From Vulcanimicrobiota bacterium (lineage in GTDB: Bacteria; Vulcanimicrobiota; Vulcanimicrobiia; Vulcanimicrobiales; Vulcanimicrobiaceae), in the NCBI GenBank assembly GCA_003135555.1, contig PLCF01000008.1:1-46894 (forward strand): a stretch of 46,894 nucleotides of DNA. The letters are read 5' to 3'. This document shows positions 36,222 through 46,894 of this stretch, in pieces. The number at the start of each line of letters is the position of its first letter. Positions within the stretch are counted from its first letter, which is position 1. The translations under genes and the position numbers were made by a program. Under the pieces are notes generated by a model that did no database searches, was not told where the DNA came from, and worked only from the letters and a program-made list of their open reading frames with translations.

Positions 36222-37854
36222 GACACACTCCTTGCGGTTGGCTGAGGCCGAGCGCGGCCGGAGTCGCGAACGAGCGCGAGGCGACCGTCGCGCTGAGGTC
36301 GTCGAGATAGCTGGTGAGCGCGTTGCCGCCGCGCTCGGTGACCGCAGCCAACCGCGAGTTCGGATCGAGAGCGATCCCGAACGGACTCCCGCTATCCGTG
36401 ATCGTCGCTTGCAGCGTTCCGAAGACATCGAGCGCGGTAACGCTGCTCGCGCTGGTGACGTAGAGCTGCGCCTGCGTCGAGGGCGAGCCGTTGACGCCGA
36501 CGGGGTCGCCGTACGCGACCGCGAGCGGAGCCGATGCTAGCGCAGCCGCGCCTAGCGCAGCCCCGCCTTCGGAGAAGCTCGCCAGCTTCGGCGTGGCGGA
36601 GGCGTTGCCGACGACGATGCGGTTGAGCGGACCGTTGAACGACGCCGCGACGTACGCGATACCCGCCGGCGAGGTCGCCGCGAAGCTGCTGGGCGCGCCA
36701 CCCAGCGGCGGCCCGCCGTTGGGCGCAAAGACGCTCACGCCGGCGCTGCCCGAAACGTAGACGTTGCCGTTGTGCGGATCGTAGGTAACGCCGTTGGCTC
36801 CCGCGACGGCGCGCGGGGCGAAGCCGGCGACCGGTGTGCCGTTTTCGTCAAACGCGAGCACCTGCCCCGATCCGGAATCGGCGACGAAGATCGTGCGGTC
36901 GACGGCGTCGTAGGCGAGCGCGACGGGGTTCGTCAGCCCGGCGAACGCGCCGGAGGGCAATGCGCGCGCATTGCCGTGCGCGTCGTAGCGCGCCACCGCC
37001 GCCGCGCCGCCGTTCGCGTACGCGACGTAGAGGTCGCTGGTGACGTCGACGATCGTCGTCGACGTCGCGAGCCCTCCGTTGGCGTCCCGGGCCGTCGCGA
37101 CGACCGAGGTCGGATAGGTGGTCGTGTTCGGCGCCGTCGCCTGTACCGTGAACTGATCGGAGGTTCCGTTGACCGGCGCCAGGGTCAGGACACCGGCCGC
37201 GCGCGGGTCGACCGCGAGCGACAGCGCCGGCGGGGCGTCGGGCTGGACGATGACGTTGCCGCCGGCGTCGAGCGGCGCGACGGCGAAGGTCGCCGGAGCG
37301 CGTCCGTACAGCTCGTACGCGGCCGGGCTGGCCGCCGCGACCGGCACGACGTTCCCCTGGTTGGGCAGCGGCCCGATGCGTACGCTCGCCACCGTCCCGA
37401 TCACCGTCGCGCCCAGCGTGTTGGTGACGTCGGCGACGATCGTCTGCGCGACCCGCACGCGTCCGAGCTCGTTCCCGACCGGGGTCGTCTCGCCGGGGAC
37501 CTGCGCCGCATCGTAGAGCGAGATGACGAACACGTCGGCGCCGACCGGCGCGTCGACGTTGACGTTGGACGTGCCCCCGCCGACCCCCGGCGCGTTGGCA
37601 AAGGTGACCGGACCGGGTGTCGCGCCGTCGGGGTTGACTTCGACGATCACGCCGGCGGTCGACGGCGAAACGAATCGCGGGCTGCGCCGCGAGCTCGCGG
37701 TGCGGATGGGCCAATGCATGGTGAATTGCACGGCCACGCGCGCGGTCGAATCGCCCGCGCGCTGCGGAGCCGGAACGGCATGTCGGGCGCCGCCGGTGCA
37801 ACCGGCGACTGCGAGGCTCACCGCGAGTGCCGCTGCGCTGCCGCGCGCCGTCAC
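36211..37854 (-). CDS. Lipoprotein with a C-terminal NHL/beta-propeller-like region
   Basis: Lipobox VAGC; repeats PVALAYD..IFVAD, GVTYDP..VYV, PAGIAY, PFGIALDP. GTGA overlap with the upstream gene. Confidence 0.8.
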   Translation of the reverse strand: MTARGSAAALAVSLAVAGCTGGARHAVPAPQRAGDSTARVAVQFTMHWPIRTASSRRSPRFVSPSTAGVIVEVNPDGATPGPVTFANAPGVGGGTSNVNVDAPVGADVFVISLYDAAQVPGETTPVGNELGRVRVAQTIVADVTNTLGATVIGTVASVRIGPLPNQGNVVPVAAASPAAYELYGRAPATFAVAPLDAGGNVIVQPDAPPALSLAVDPRAAGVLTLAPVNGTSDQFTVQATAPNTTTYPTSVVATARDANGGLATSTTIVDVTSDLYVAYANGGAAAVARYDAHGNARALPSGAFAGLTNPVALAYDAVDRTIFVADSGSGQVLAFDENGTPVAGFAPRAVAGANGVTYDPHNGNVYVSGSAGVSVFAPNGGPPLGGAPSSFAATSPAGIAYVAASFNGPLNRIVVGNASATPKLASFSEGGAALGAAALASAPLAVAYGDPVGVNGSPSTQAQLYVTSASSVTALDVFGTLQATITDSGSPFGIALDPNSRLAAVTERGGNALTSYLDDLSATVASRSFATPAALGLSQPQGVCHVF

Positions 37855-38258
37855 TTGATGCTCCCTTGCGTCACGGTCACCCCTACGGCGACCGTCGCGC
37901 GCTGGCCGAAGCGGTCGGTGAACGCGATCGTGCAGGCGCCCGAACCTTGCGCGGTGATCGTAAAGGTCGCCGGTGCCGGGGCCGCCGACGGCGTGACCGC
38001 CGCGACGCCGTTGCAGCCGGTCGCGTCGGCGGCGACCAGATCGGCATACGACGGTTCGGCCACGGTGACGTTCACCTGCTGTCCCGCGAGCGTGAGGGCA
38101 GCGCTGCTCTGCGAGGGCGTCAAGGCCCCGGCCGGCGGCGAACTTGGCGACGGCGACGGCGTCGGTGCCGGCGCGACGAACGCCGGGGTTTGCGCGCCGC
38201 CGCCGCCGCACGCACACGCGAGCGCCGGCACGGCGAGCATGACGAAAAACCGTTGCAT
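37851..38258 (-). CDS. Small lipoprotein with a Pro linker and an Ig-like domain
   Basis: ACAC-GGGG lipobox, PAPTPSPSP linker, beta-rich domain with a Cys pair. Confidence 0.75.
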   Translation of the reverse strand: MQRFFVMLAVPALACACGGGGAQTPAFVAPAPTPSPSPSSPPAGALTPSQSSAALTLAGQQVNVTVAEPSYADLVAADATGCNGVAAVTPSAAPAPATFTITAQGSGACTIAFTDRFGQRATVAVGVTVTQGSIK

Positions 38259-38415
38259 ACAACGAACGAGATCAGGCATTCGCGTCCTTCCAGACGACCT
38301 GGTGCACGTGGCGTGCACCCATGCTGCGCGAGGTACGCGACCGCGGCGAGTCCGACTTGTTGCTACGGCTCGACGCGGGCGATGTTGGCCGAAAGGTACG
38401 CAGCGTGTTGCGGCT

Positions 38416-39999
38416 TCATCCCGCGTTGACCCGGCGCGCGATCTCGCGCGCCTGGGCGAGCGCCTGCTGCGTGCCGTAGTTCACCAGCAGCGTAAGCGCT
38501 TCGGTGATGTAGCGCCGCGCCGTGCCGGGCCGACGTTGGGCCACGGCGACCATCGCGAGATAGCGCGCCGCCGAGCCGCGCACGCGCGCGTTTCCGGCCA
38601 GCTCGGCGTCGGCGCGCACCGCGAATGCCAGCGTCCAGGCGTCGGCGTAGCGCCGTTGTTCCAGGGCGTGGCTCGCGCGCATGCAGCGCGCCAGGAGCGC
38701 CGTCGCGCTGCGCGGCGAGGCCAACCGTTCGGCCAGCGCAGCCGCCGCATAGACGTTGCACGGGTCGCGCTCGCACTGCACGACGATCAGCGCCGCCGCG
38801 GCCACCGCGGCGGACATCGTTCCGCGCTCCGCCGCGCCGAACGGTTCGAGCACCGCGTCGAAGATGCGCTCGCCGCGCGGCGTGGTCACCGCGCTGCCGA
38901 TGCGCTCGGCGCGCGCGCCCAGCATCGTGCGCAGGTAGCCTTTACTGCGCGCCAGCGCTTCGAGCTTGGCAAAGCGCTCTTCATCGGCGCCGGGCGCTTC
39001 GCGCAACCCGAACAGCCGCGCATCGGCATACAGCAGCGCGAGCCGTTCCTTGGCGCGCAGCGGGCCTAGCGTCGCCGCAGCCGCGTACCCGCGCACGAGC
39101 GCCTCACGGCCATGCGTCACGTCGCCGACCTCCCAACGCTGCTCGGCGTAGGCGGCCAGCGCCCGCGCGAGCAGCGCTCGACCGGGTTCATCCCGCTCCC
39201 GGGCAGCTGCCCGCGGCGTCGTGATCTCGGGCGGCGGCGCGGCGAGCCCGACCGAGACGCCGCTCTGCCAGCGCAGCAGCCACTCGCCGAACTCGATGCG
39301 TTCCTCAGCCGCGGTCACAGCGGCCGCGTCGAGCTCGTGCGCCCGCAGCTCCAGGACGCCGCGTGCTTGGGTGAGCTGCGCCGCGGCTTCGTCGTAGCGA
39401 AGCGCGTCGAGCTGGATCTCGGCGGCCAGGCACAGCGCCTCGATGCGCTGAGTCGGGCTCGGCGCGGACGTCGCGATGCGCGCACAGGCGGATTGCGCGA
39501 GCCGCGACTGTCCCAGCTCGTGCAGCTCGGCCGCCTCCGTCAGCCGCAGCATCGCGAGGTCGGGTGAGGCCGTCGCCGGCCGGCTCGCCGGCGCCGGCAG
39601 CGCAAACGCATCGGCGAACGCGTCGTGCGCGGCGCGGCGCTCGCGCCGCAGTTGGCGCTCCGAGAGGTTCAGCTCGGCGGCCACGACGGCGAGCGGCTGA
39701 CGGTCGATCTCGCAGCGCAGCAACGCCGCGTGCATCCGGCCCAGGTCACCGCGCGCGCGCCCTACGCCCGGAGGCGGGCGAAACCGCGCCAACGCGCAGT
39801 GCACCTGAGCGCGGATTCGGTCGAGGGCGTGCTGTTCGTCGGCGCGATCGCGCCGCGTCGTTGGGCGTGATGCGAAATAGGATTGCGTTAGCGGATTGCG
39901 CCGTAACTCCACAGCGTCGTCGAGGTTGCGCAAGAGGTGGCGCGACGAGCAGTACGCGGAGCGGTTCGGTTCAGCGCGCGGCATCGCGCGCGCTCCCAT
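38416..39999 (-). CDS. Putative regulator: HTH followed by TPR-like helical repeats
   Basis: LAVVAAELNLSERQLRRERR HTH, then Ala-rich helical repeats. Start at 39999 or 39984. Confidence 0.7.
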   Translation of the reverse strand: MGARAMPRAEPNRSAYCSSRHLLRNLDDAVELRRNPLTQSYFASRPTTRRDRADEQHALDRIRAQVHCALARFRPPPGVGRARGDLGRMHAALLRCEIDRQPLAVVAAELNLSERQLRRERRAAHDAFADAFALPAPASRPATASPDLAMLRLTEAAELHELGQSRLAQSACARIATSAPSPTQRIEALCLAAEIQLDALRYDEAAAQLTQARGVLELRAHELDAAAVTAAEERIEFGEWLLRWQSGVSVGLAAPPPEITTPRAAARERDEPGRALLARALAAYAEQRWEVGDVTHGREALVRGYAAAATLGPLRAKERLALLYADARLFGLREAPGADEERFAKLEALARSKGYLRTMLGARAERIGSAVTTPRGERIFDAVLEPFGAAERGTMSAAVAAAALIVVQCERDPCNVYAAAALAERLASPRSATALLARCMRASHALEQRRYADAWTLAFAVRADAELAGNARVRGSAARYLAMVAVAQRRPGTARRYITEALTLLVNYGTQQALAQAREIARRVNAG

Positions 40000-40140
40000 G
40001 CGGAAAGTGTTTGGGTGACAACTCGGCCTCCGGCTAGCCGAGCGGTTACGCCTACACCCGTTCGAATGCGCAGTTTACCGCCGCGCGCCGCAACATCCTG
40101 CGACGCCGCAGCGCGCGGCTAACCGAATCAGCGTTGCGGA

Positions 40141-42192
40141 TCAGTGTTGCGGCGGTGCGATCCCGAGTTCGTGGTAAAACGCGTTGGGATTCATCGGCCG
40201 TCCGAGGAACGCGCGAATCTCGGCGTCGGGCTCGCGCAAACGCGCGGGCGCCAGGATGTCGTCGCGATAGGCTTTGCCCACGCTCGGATCGGTGAGCCCG
40301 CGCGCGCTGAAGCGCGAGAACATGTCTTGCGCGTACACCTTCGACCACAGATAACCGTAATAGCCCGCGTCGTACCCGCCCATGAGGTGGCCGAACTCCG
40401 ATTGCGGGTGCGTCCCGCGCACGTAGTCGTTGGGCGTCGTCGCGCTCACCGTACCGGCCCAGACCGCCGTGGTGTCGACGGGCGGCTTGCGGGTGTGGTA
40501 CGCGATGTCGACCGTCGCGTAGAGGATCTGCTGGGTCGTCTGCAGCGCGTAGTGCACGTAGCGCGCGGCGATCATCTTTTGGATGAGGTCGTCGGGCAGC
40601 GGCTGGCCGGTGGTGACGTTCGAGCTGACGCGCTTGAGGATCCCCGGGTCCCAGGCCCAGTTCTCGAGCATCTGCGAGGGCGCTTCGATGAAGTCTTGGC
40701 GGAAGCCGTTGGTCAGCGTCTCGTACGGTTCGTCGGCGAGCATGGCGGCCATGTTGTGGCCGAACTCGTGGAAGAACGTCTCGACGTCGCCGTGCTGCAG
40801 CAACGCAGCTTTGCCGGGGGCCGGCTGCGGCCAGTTGCCCACGATCGCGCTCTCGGCGAGCCGCACCGTGCCGTCGGGCAGCACGCGGCGCGGGATGATC
40901 GGGAAGTTCGCGAAGTGGTCGTACTTGCCGGGGCGCGGGAAGAGGTCGAGGTAGAAGCGTCCCAACGGTTTGCCCGAGGCCGCGTCGGCGACGTCGTAGG
41001 CCTGCACCTGCGACTGCCAGACCGCGACGTTGGCGCGGGCGAACTTCACGCCGAGCAACTCTTGGTAAATGCTCAGGACGTTGTCGACGACGGTCTGCAC
41101 CGGGAAATACTGCTTGATCTCGTTCTGGTCGACCGCGTACTTCGTCTTGCGCAGCTGGTTCTCGTAGTAGGTCTGGTCCCACTGGTCGAAGGTCGTTTTC
41201 CCCTCGGCCTTCGCCAGCGCTGCGTCCTCGGCGCGCTCCGCGCGCGCCTTGGTCAGGATCGCGGTGTCGATCTGCGCCAGGAAGCCCGCGACGCGCTGCG
41301 GGGTTCCGGCCATCCGGTCGGCCAGCACGAACGCCGCCCAGTTGGGATATCCCAGCAGGTGCGCGAGGCGGTCGCGGGCCAGGAGCGCGTCCTGCAGCAG
41401 CGCCACGTTGGCGTCGCCGCCGCGGTTGTTGTATGCGATGTAGTACGCCTTGCGCGCCGCGCCGTCGGTCTCGTTTTGCAGAAACGGTCCGACCGTCGAC
41501 TCGTTGACGGGAACGGTGTAGCCGCCGTCGGCGGTCTTCTTGAGCGAGGCGGCGACGAAATCGGCCGGCAACGACTGCGCCTGCGCCGCGGTGATCGCGA
41601 TCGTCGACGCGTCGTTGCCCAGATTCGCCTGGAACTTGTTCTGATAGTCGGTGAGCTTCTGCTGAAGGGCGACGAACTCGCGGCGCTGCGCGTCGGGCAG
41701 TCCCGCGCCGCTGCGCTTGAGCGAGGTGAGCCAGAGCTGGGTGAGCTTCTGCTGCGCCGCGCCCCGCGCGGTTCCGCCGGCCTGGGCCGCGGCGAGCGCG
41801 CGGTACAGATCGGGGCGCGCGCCGATCTCGCTGAGCACGTTGCCGGCATCGGTCGAGCACTTCAGCGACGCCTTGCGCACGGCCGGGTCGGTCGAGACGT
41901 TGTAGAGGAACCCTTGGGCGGCGAGGTCGTCGTTGAAGTCCGACGATCCGTTTTCGAGCGGCAACACAATGCTGGCGAACGTCCGCGGCGCGCGGCTGCG
42001 GACCAGCGCGTCGACGCGCCCCTTGAGCGTCGCGATCGAGCTCGTGCAGGACGCGGCGATGCGCTGCGGCGTCAGCGTCCAGTCGATCGGGAGCACCGCC
42101 GCGCCCGGCTTCGCCGGCGAGGTCAGCGGGAGCGTGACCAGCAGCGTGGCGCTCAGCATGGCGGCCGAGCTACGCGAGAATACGGAGTTCAT
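40141..42192 (-). CDS. M3 family metallopeptidase (thimet oligopeptidase-like), exported
   Basis: FFHEFGH, DFIEAPSQMLENW, GYDAGYYGYLWS, FLGR; N-terminal signal peptide. Confidence 0.93.
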   Translation of the reverse strand: MNSVFSRSSAAMLSATLLVTLPLTSPAKPGAAVLPIDWTLTPQRIAASCTSSIATLKGRVDALVRSRAPRTFASIVLPLENGSSDFNDDLAAQGFLYNVSTDPAVRKASLKCSTDAGNVLSEIGARPDLYRALAAAQAGGTARGAAQQKLTQLWLTSLKRSGAGLPDAQRREFVALQQKLTDYQNKFQANLGNDASTIAITAAQAQSLPADFVAASLKKTADGGYTVPVNESTVGPFLQNETDGAARKAYYIAYNNRGGDANVALLQDALLARDRLAHLLGYPNWAAFVLADRMAGTPQRVAGFLAQIDTAILTKARAERAEDAALAKAEGKTTFDQWDQTYYENQLRKTKYAVDQNEIKQYFPVQTVVDNVLSIYQELLGVKFARANVAVWQSQVQAYDVADAASGKPLGRFYLDLFPRPGKYDHFANFPIIPRRVLPDGTVRLAESAIVGNWPQPAPGKAALLQHGDVETFFHEFGHNMAAMLADEPYETLTNGFRQDFIEAPSQMLENWAWDPGILKRVSSNVTTGQPLPDDLIQKMIAARYVHYALQTTQQILYATVDIAYHTRKPPVDTTAVWAGTVSATTPNDYVRGTHPQSEFGHLMGGYDAGYYGYLWSKVYAQDMFSRFSARGLTDPSVGKAYRDDILAPARLREPDAEIRAFLGRPMNPNAFYHELGIAPPQH

Positions 42193-42266
42193 GATCGGTG
42201 CTACGTTCGCGGACCGGCCGCGCGTTCCGGCAGGGTCGTGACGGGGGCCCGCCGCAGAGGCCGCTT

Positions 42267-43373
42267 ATGCTTCGGTCGCTCCTCCGTGCCGGCGCCGCGG
42301 GCGCGTTCGCGCTGCTCCTGTCGCCGGCGGTGCCGGCCGCGGCCCCGCCTGCCGGGATCGCCTACGACGAGATCCTGCGCGTCGTCGTCAACGCGACGCC
42401 GCCGCCGCCCGGAAACTTTCAAGCCGATCTGGCTGCGTTGAGCGCGCCGCAGGCGGTCGCCGCGTCGCCGACCCCGGCGCCCAAGAAGCGCGGCATCAGC
42501 TTGGGCAACATCGCGGGCGCGCTGGCCGGCGGGGGCGACGTGGCCGGCGCCGTCGCCGGCAACCTCATCTCGAACGCGGTCGAGAACTCGCTCTCGGCAT
42601 CGCTGGGCTCGCAGTTCGGGGCCTTCGCCGCGAGCGCACGGTCCTTTCTGACGCCGCACCTGATGCGCTACGCGTATTGGAACGGTTGGGAGCGGGTCGA
42701 CGACCCCAGCGCGCAAACCGCGACGATCCGCAAGTGCGACGCGGGCCAGGTCATCCATCTCGACCTCGCGGCGAAGACCTACACCGTTTACGATCCCAGC
42801 GCGGAACCGACTCCGGCTCCGCCGCCGCCGCGGGCTCAACGCGGCCGTGCGCAGCCGGCCGCCGATCCGGCGCAGCCCGGGACCGCGGTGGTGAGCCTGA
42901 CCGAAACGACGCGGGCGCTGGGTGCGCAGCTGCTCGAGAGCATCAAGACGACCGGCTACGACACGGCCACCACCGTGGCCACCAGCGGGTCGACCGGAAG
43001 CTGCCGCAACGGCGGCGCGACGATCGAAACCGTGCAGTACCTCTCCGCCCTGCCCCGGCCGACGGTCAACTCGTGCCCGGTGCGCCGGCCGCCGCTCCCG
43101 ACAACCGCCGGGGAGGCCGTCACCCCGCCCAGCGGCGGTTGCCGGCCGAGCTTCACGGCCACCCGCAGCGGCCCGACCCCGCCGGCGAGCCGGCTGGCGC
43201 TGTACTCGCTGCTGACCTTTGGGGCCGGGGCGGGCGCGACGCCCGCGCCGCAGCCGAGCGGGAGCGCCGGGGGGCTCGGGTTTCTCACCGAGCGCGGCAA
43301 CCTCAAGACCCTGGGCTCAGCCGACGCCGCGCTGTTCGCGCCCCCGCCGGGGTTCACCAAACTCACGCCCTAA
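42267..43373 (+). CDS. Hypothetical secreted Pro-rich protein
   Basis: Signal peptide, WERVDD, TIRKCD, ends LFAPPPGFTK. Confidence 0.7.
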   Translation: MLRSLLRAGAAGAFALLLSPAVPAAAPPAGIAYDEILRVVVNATPPPPGNFQADLAALSAPQAVAASPTPAPKKRGISLGNIAGALAGGGDVAGAVAGNLISNAVENSLSASLGSQFGAFAASARSFLTPHLMRYAYWNGWERVDDPSAQTATIRKCDAGQVIHLDLAAKTYTVYDPSAEPTPAPPPPRAQRGRAQPAADPAQPGTAVVSLTETTRALGAQLLESIKTTGYDTATTVATSGSTGSCRNGGATIETVQYLSALPRPTVNSCPVRRPPLPTTAGEAVTPPSGGCRPSFTATRSGPTPPASRLALYSLLTFGAGAGATPAPQPSGSAGGLGFLTERGNLKTLGSADAALFAPPPGFTKLTP

Positions 43374-43384
43374 CGGCCCGGACC

Positions 43385-43413
43385 TTGTCGAAGAGGGCCC
43401 GGACCGGTATCAT
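43385..43413 (+). promoter_or_regulatory. Sigma70-type promoter of the SRP RNA
   Basis: TTGTCG-N17-TATCAT ending 7 nt before the RNA 5' stem. Confidence 0.75.
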
Positions 43414-43420
43414 GGGCGGA

Positions 43421-43538
43421 GCCTTGACGAGGGTTGGGCCTCGCGCAACGGTAACCCGTGAACCCCGCCAGGCCCGGAAGGGAGCAACGGTAAGCGGACC
43501 ATCCCGTGTGCCGCGAACCACCTGGTCCTCGTCCTGGC
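43421..43538 (+). ncRNA. ffs: Signal recognition particle RNA (small bacterial type)
   Basis: Helix-8 motif CCAGGCCCGGAAGGGAGCAACGG; ends pair (GCC..GACGAGGG / TCCTCGTC..GGC); followed by a T-tract. Confidence 0.9.
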
Positions 43539-43551
43539 GTTTTCTTTTTTG

Positions 43552-44043
43552 ATGCAGATTTTGATGACGGCCGTGCTCGCCGGCCTGGCAAGCGCGCTCG
43601 TCGTGACGCTCGGGTACCACCTGATCGTCGCGGCGCCGCGCTCGCGCAGGCTCCGGGCGATCCTCGACACTCACGACGGGCTCCTCGGCGGCGGCGCAAG
43701 CGGCGCGGTCGATCGGCTCGCCGCGCTCCAACGCGACGCCGCCGCGGCCGCCGCGGCGCGCGAGGTCGCGGTTGCGCGCATCGACGCGCTCGAGAAAATC
43801 GCGCGCAGCGAGCTCCCCAGGGTCGGGTTCGTGCGCTACAACGCGTTCAGCGACGTCGGCTCGGACCTGTCGTACGCGCTGGCGCTGCTGACCCGCGACG
43901 GCGACGGCGTCGTGCTGAGCAGCATCTATTCGCGCGAGGACACCCGCACCTACGGCAAAGCCGTGGCCGGTTTCAAACCCGCGCAAGACCCCTCCGCAGA
44001 GGAGCTCGCCGCGATCGCCAAAGCGCGCGCGGCGGCGACGTGA
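43552..44043 (+). CDS. DUF4446-like membrane-anchored protein
   Basis: N-terminal TM, VGFVRYNAFSDVGSDLSYALALL, SREDTRTYGK, SAEE. Confidence 0.8.
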   Translation: MQILMTAVLAGLASALVVTLGYHLIVAAPRSRRLRAILDTHDGLLGGGASGAVDRLAALQRDAAAAAAAREVAVARIDALEKIARSELPRVGFVRYNAFSDVGSDLSYALALLTRDGDGVVLSSIYSREDTRTYGKAVAGFKPAQDPSAEELAAIAKARAAAT

Positions 44044-44049
44044 ACGAAC

Positions 44050-44982
44050 GTGCATAAGACTTTTTTGATCAAGATCATCCCGCCCAGCGGCTACAGCGTG
44101 TACCGGCTGGCGCTCACGCGCCGTCACCTCGCCATGCTGGGCAGCTTCATGCTGATCGGCCTGCTCGCTGCGGCCGGCCTGCACAGTTACCAGTTGCATC
44201 AGGCCGAAACGAACGTCCGCGCCCTGCAAGCGCTGATGGCCGAGCAGCAGACGAAGCTGCAGAGCATCGACAAACAGGCCGACGCGCTCGCCAACCAGCT
44301 CAAGGCCGTGCAAAAGGAAAACGCCGAGATCAAAACCCTCATCGGCGCCGATCGCGGCGGCAAGAAGCAGCACGCCTTCGTCGCCGCGCCCGACGCGGTG
44401 CCGCACGCCGACTTCGCCTCGGTGCAGGCGCGGCTGCGCAGCTTGGCCCGGGCGTCGAATGCGACGCGGGTCGACGCGCAGCGCATGCAGCAGCTGGCGG
44501 TGCGCGTGCTCAACCTGCAGCGTTTGGCCTCGATCGCGCGCGAGCGCATGATCGCCTCGATCCCGTCGATCAATCCCGTCGGGGGCGCGATCGCAGCCGG
44601 ATTCGGATGGCGTACCAACCCCTGGCCGGAGTTCCACAAGGGGCTCGACCTCGAGGCCAACTACGGCGACATGGTCCGCGCCGCCGCGGCCGGCACGGTC
44701 GCCAGCGCGGGTTGGGACGGCGGGTACGGCAACAAGGTCGACATCGATCACGGCAACGGCTACCACACCTGGTACTGCCACCTTTCCCGCATGGCGGTCA
44801 CCCCGGGACAACGCGTGACCAAGGGCGCGCCGATCGCCTACGTCGGCTCGACCGGTGAGTCGACCGGACCCCACCTGCACTATCAGGTCATGTACGCCGG
44901 GGCGGCGATCGATCCGCAGCCCTTCCTCAACGGCGTTCCGGAGAAGGTCATGGCGACACTCGCCGACCCGTCGAACGGTTAA
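44050..44982 (+). CDS. M23 family peptidase with TM and coiled coil
   Basis: FHKGLD, GYGN, YCHL, STGPHLHY. Confidence 0.92.
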   Translation: MHKTFLIKIIPPSGYSVYRLALTRRHLAMLGSFMLIGLLAAAGLHSYQLHQAETNVRALQALMAEQQTKLQSIDKQADALANQLKAVQKENAEIKTLIGADRGGKKQHAFVAAPDAVPHADFASVQARLRSLARASNATRVDAQRMQQLAVRVLNLQRLASIARERMIASIPSINPVGGAIAAGFGWRTNPWPEFHKGLDLEANYGDMVRAAAAGTVASAGWDGGYGNKVDIDHGNGYHTWYCHLSRMAVTPGQRVTKGAPIAYVGSTGESTGPHLHYQVMYAGAAIDPQPFLNGVPEKVMATLADPSNG

Positions 44983-44992
44983 GCGCGCCACC

Positions 44993-45265
44993 GTGTGCAG
45001 CATCTGGGGCCTCGTCGACATCATCTTCAAAGCCTATCTGTTGATCATGATCCTCTACGCCGTCGTGTCGTGGGTTCCGAGCTTGCGGGGGCGCTGGTCC
45101 GACTATCTCGCGATGCTCGTCGAACCGGTGCTGGCGCCGGTGCGCTCGGTGATCCCGCCGCTGGGCGGACTCGACCTCTCGTTCCTCGTCGTGATCATCA
45201 TCATCCAGCTCGTCGACTCGAACATCGTGCAAGCACAGCGGGTCGCCGCGTGCTACTTCCAATAG
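44993..45265 (+). CDS. yggT: YggT family membrane protein
   Basis: [27 protein letters not shown] start at 44993. Confidence 0.85.
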   Translation: MCSIWGLVDIIFKAYLLIMILYAVVSWVPSLRGRWSDYLAMLVEPVLAPVRSVIPPLGGLDLSFLVVIIIIQLVDSNIVQAQRVAACYFQ

Positions 45266-45293
45266 CGCGCCCGTGATCCAACGGGAGTCGGCC

Positions 45294-46894
<1,601 letters not shown>

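Noticed and set aside
27081..39999. Prophage, filamentous phage or complete T2SS/T4P
   Set aside because: No Zot/ATPase, replication, capsid, pilin or integrase genes are recognisable.
40144..42441. Long antisense or alternative-frame ORFs (also 2929-4959, 36772-39069, 43363-45030, 15000-16637)
   Set aside because: They shadow well-supported genes, are Arg/Ala/Gly-rich and lack motifs, as expected in high-GC DNA.

Overview
GC-rich bacterial chromosomal window. Gene style suggests a soil Terrabacteria lineage such as Eremiobacterota, but this is inference only. Left to right: (1) partial tRNA-Ser(GGA), a truncated ALDH-like subunit, histidine phosphatase, DUF167, BtuF-like binding protein, DUF4383-like protein; (2) icd and a PPi-type PFK; (3) a GntR-led oxalate/formate-type operon (ThDP enzyme, frc, ADP-forming acyl-CoA synthetase, oxlT, ModA-like); (4) an Egt1/EgtB-like sulfoxide synthase, ALDH, an unusual two-domain multicopper oxidase-ZIP transporter fusion, and deoC; (5) a class III CoA-transferase with a TauABC-like ABC transporter, a membrane GGDEF protein and hppD; (6) a ~13 kb accessory cell-surface locus: orphan secretin, TetR-like protein, two paralogous small secreted beta-rich proteins, a ~1520 aa protease mixing subtilisin and sedolisin motifs, two lipoproteins and an HTH/helical-repeat protein; (7) M3 peptidase, a secreted protein, SRP RNA, DUF4446-like protein, M23 peptidase, yggT and partial lepA. 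The best candidates for novelty are the MCO-ZIP fusion and the secretin/protease/lipoprotein locus. All family calls come from motif recognition by eye; no searches were run.
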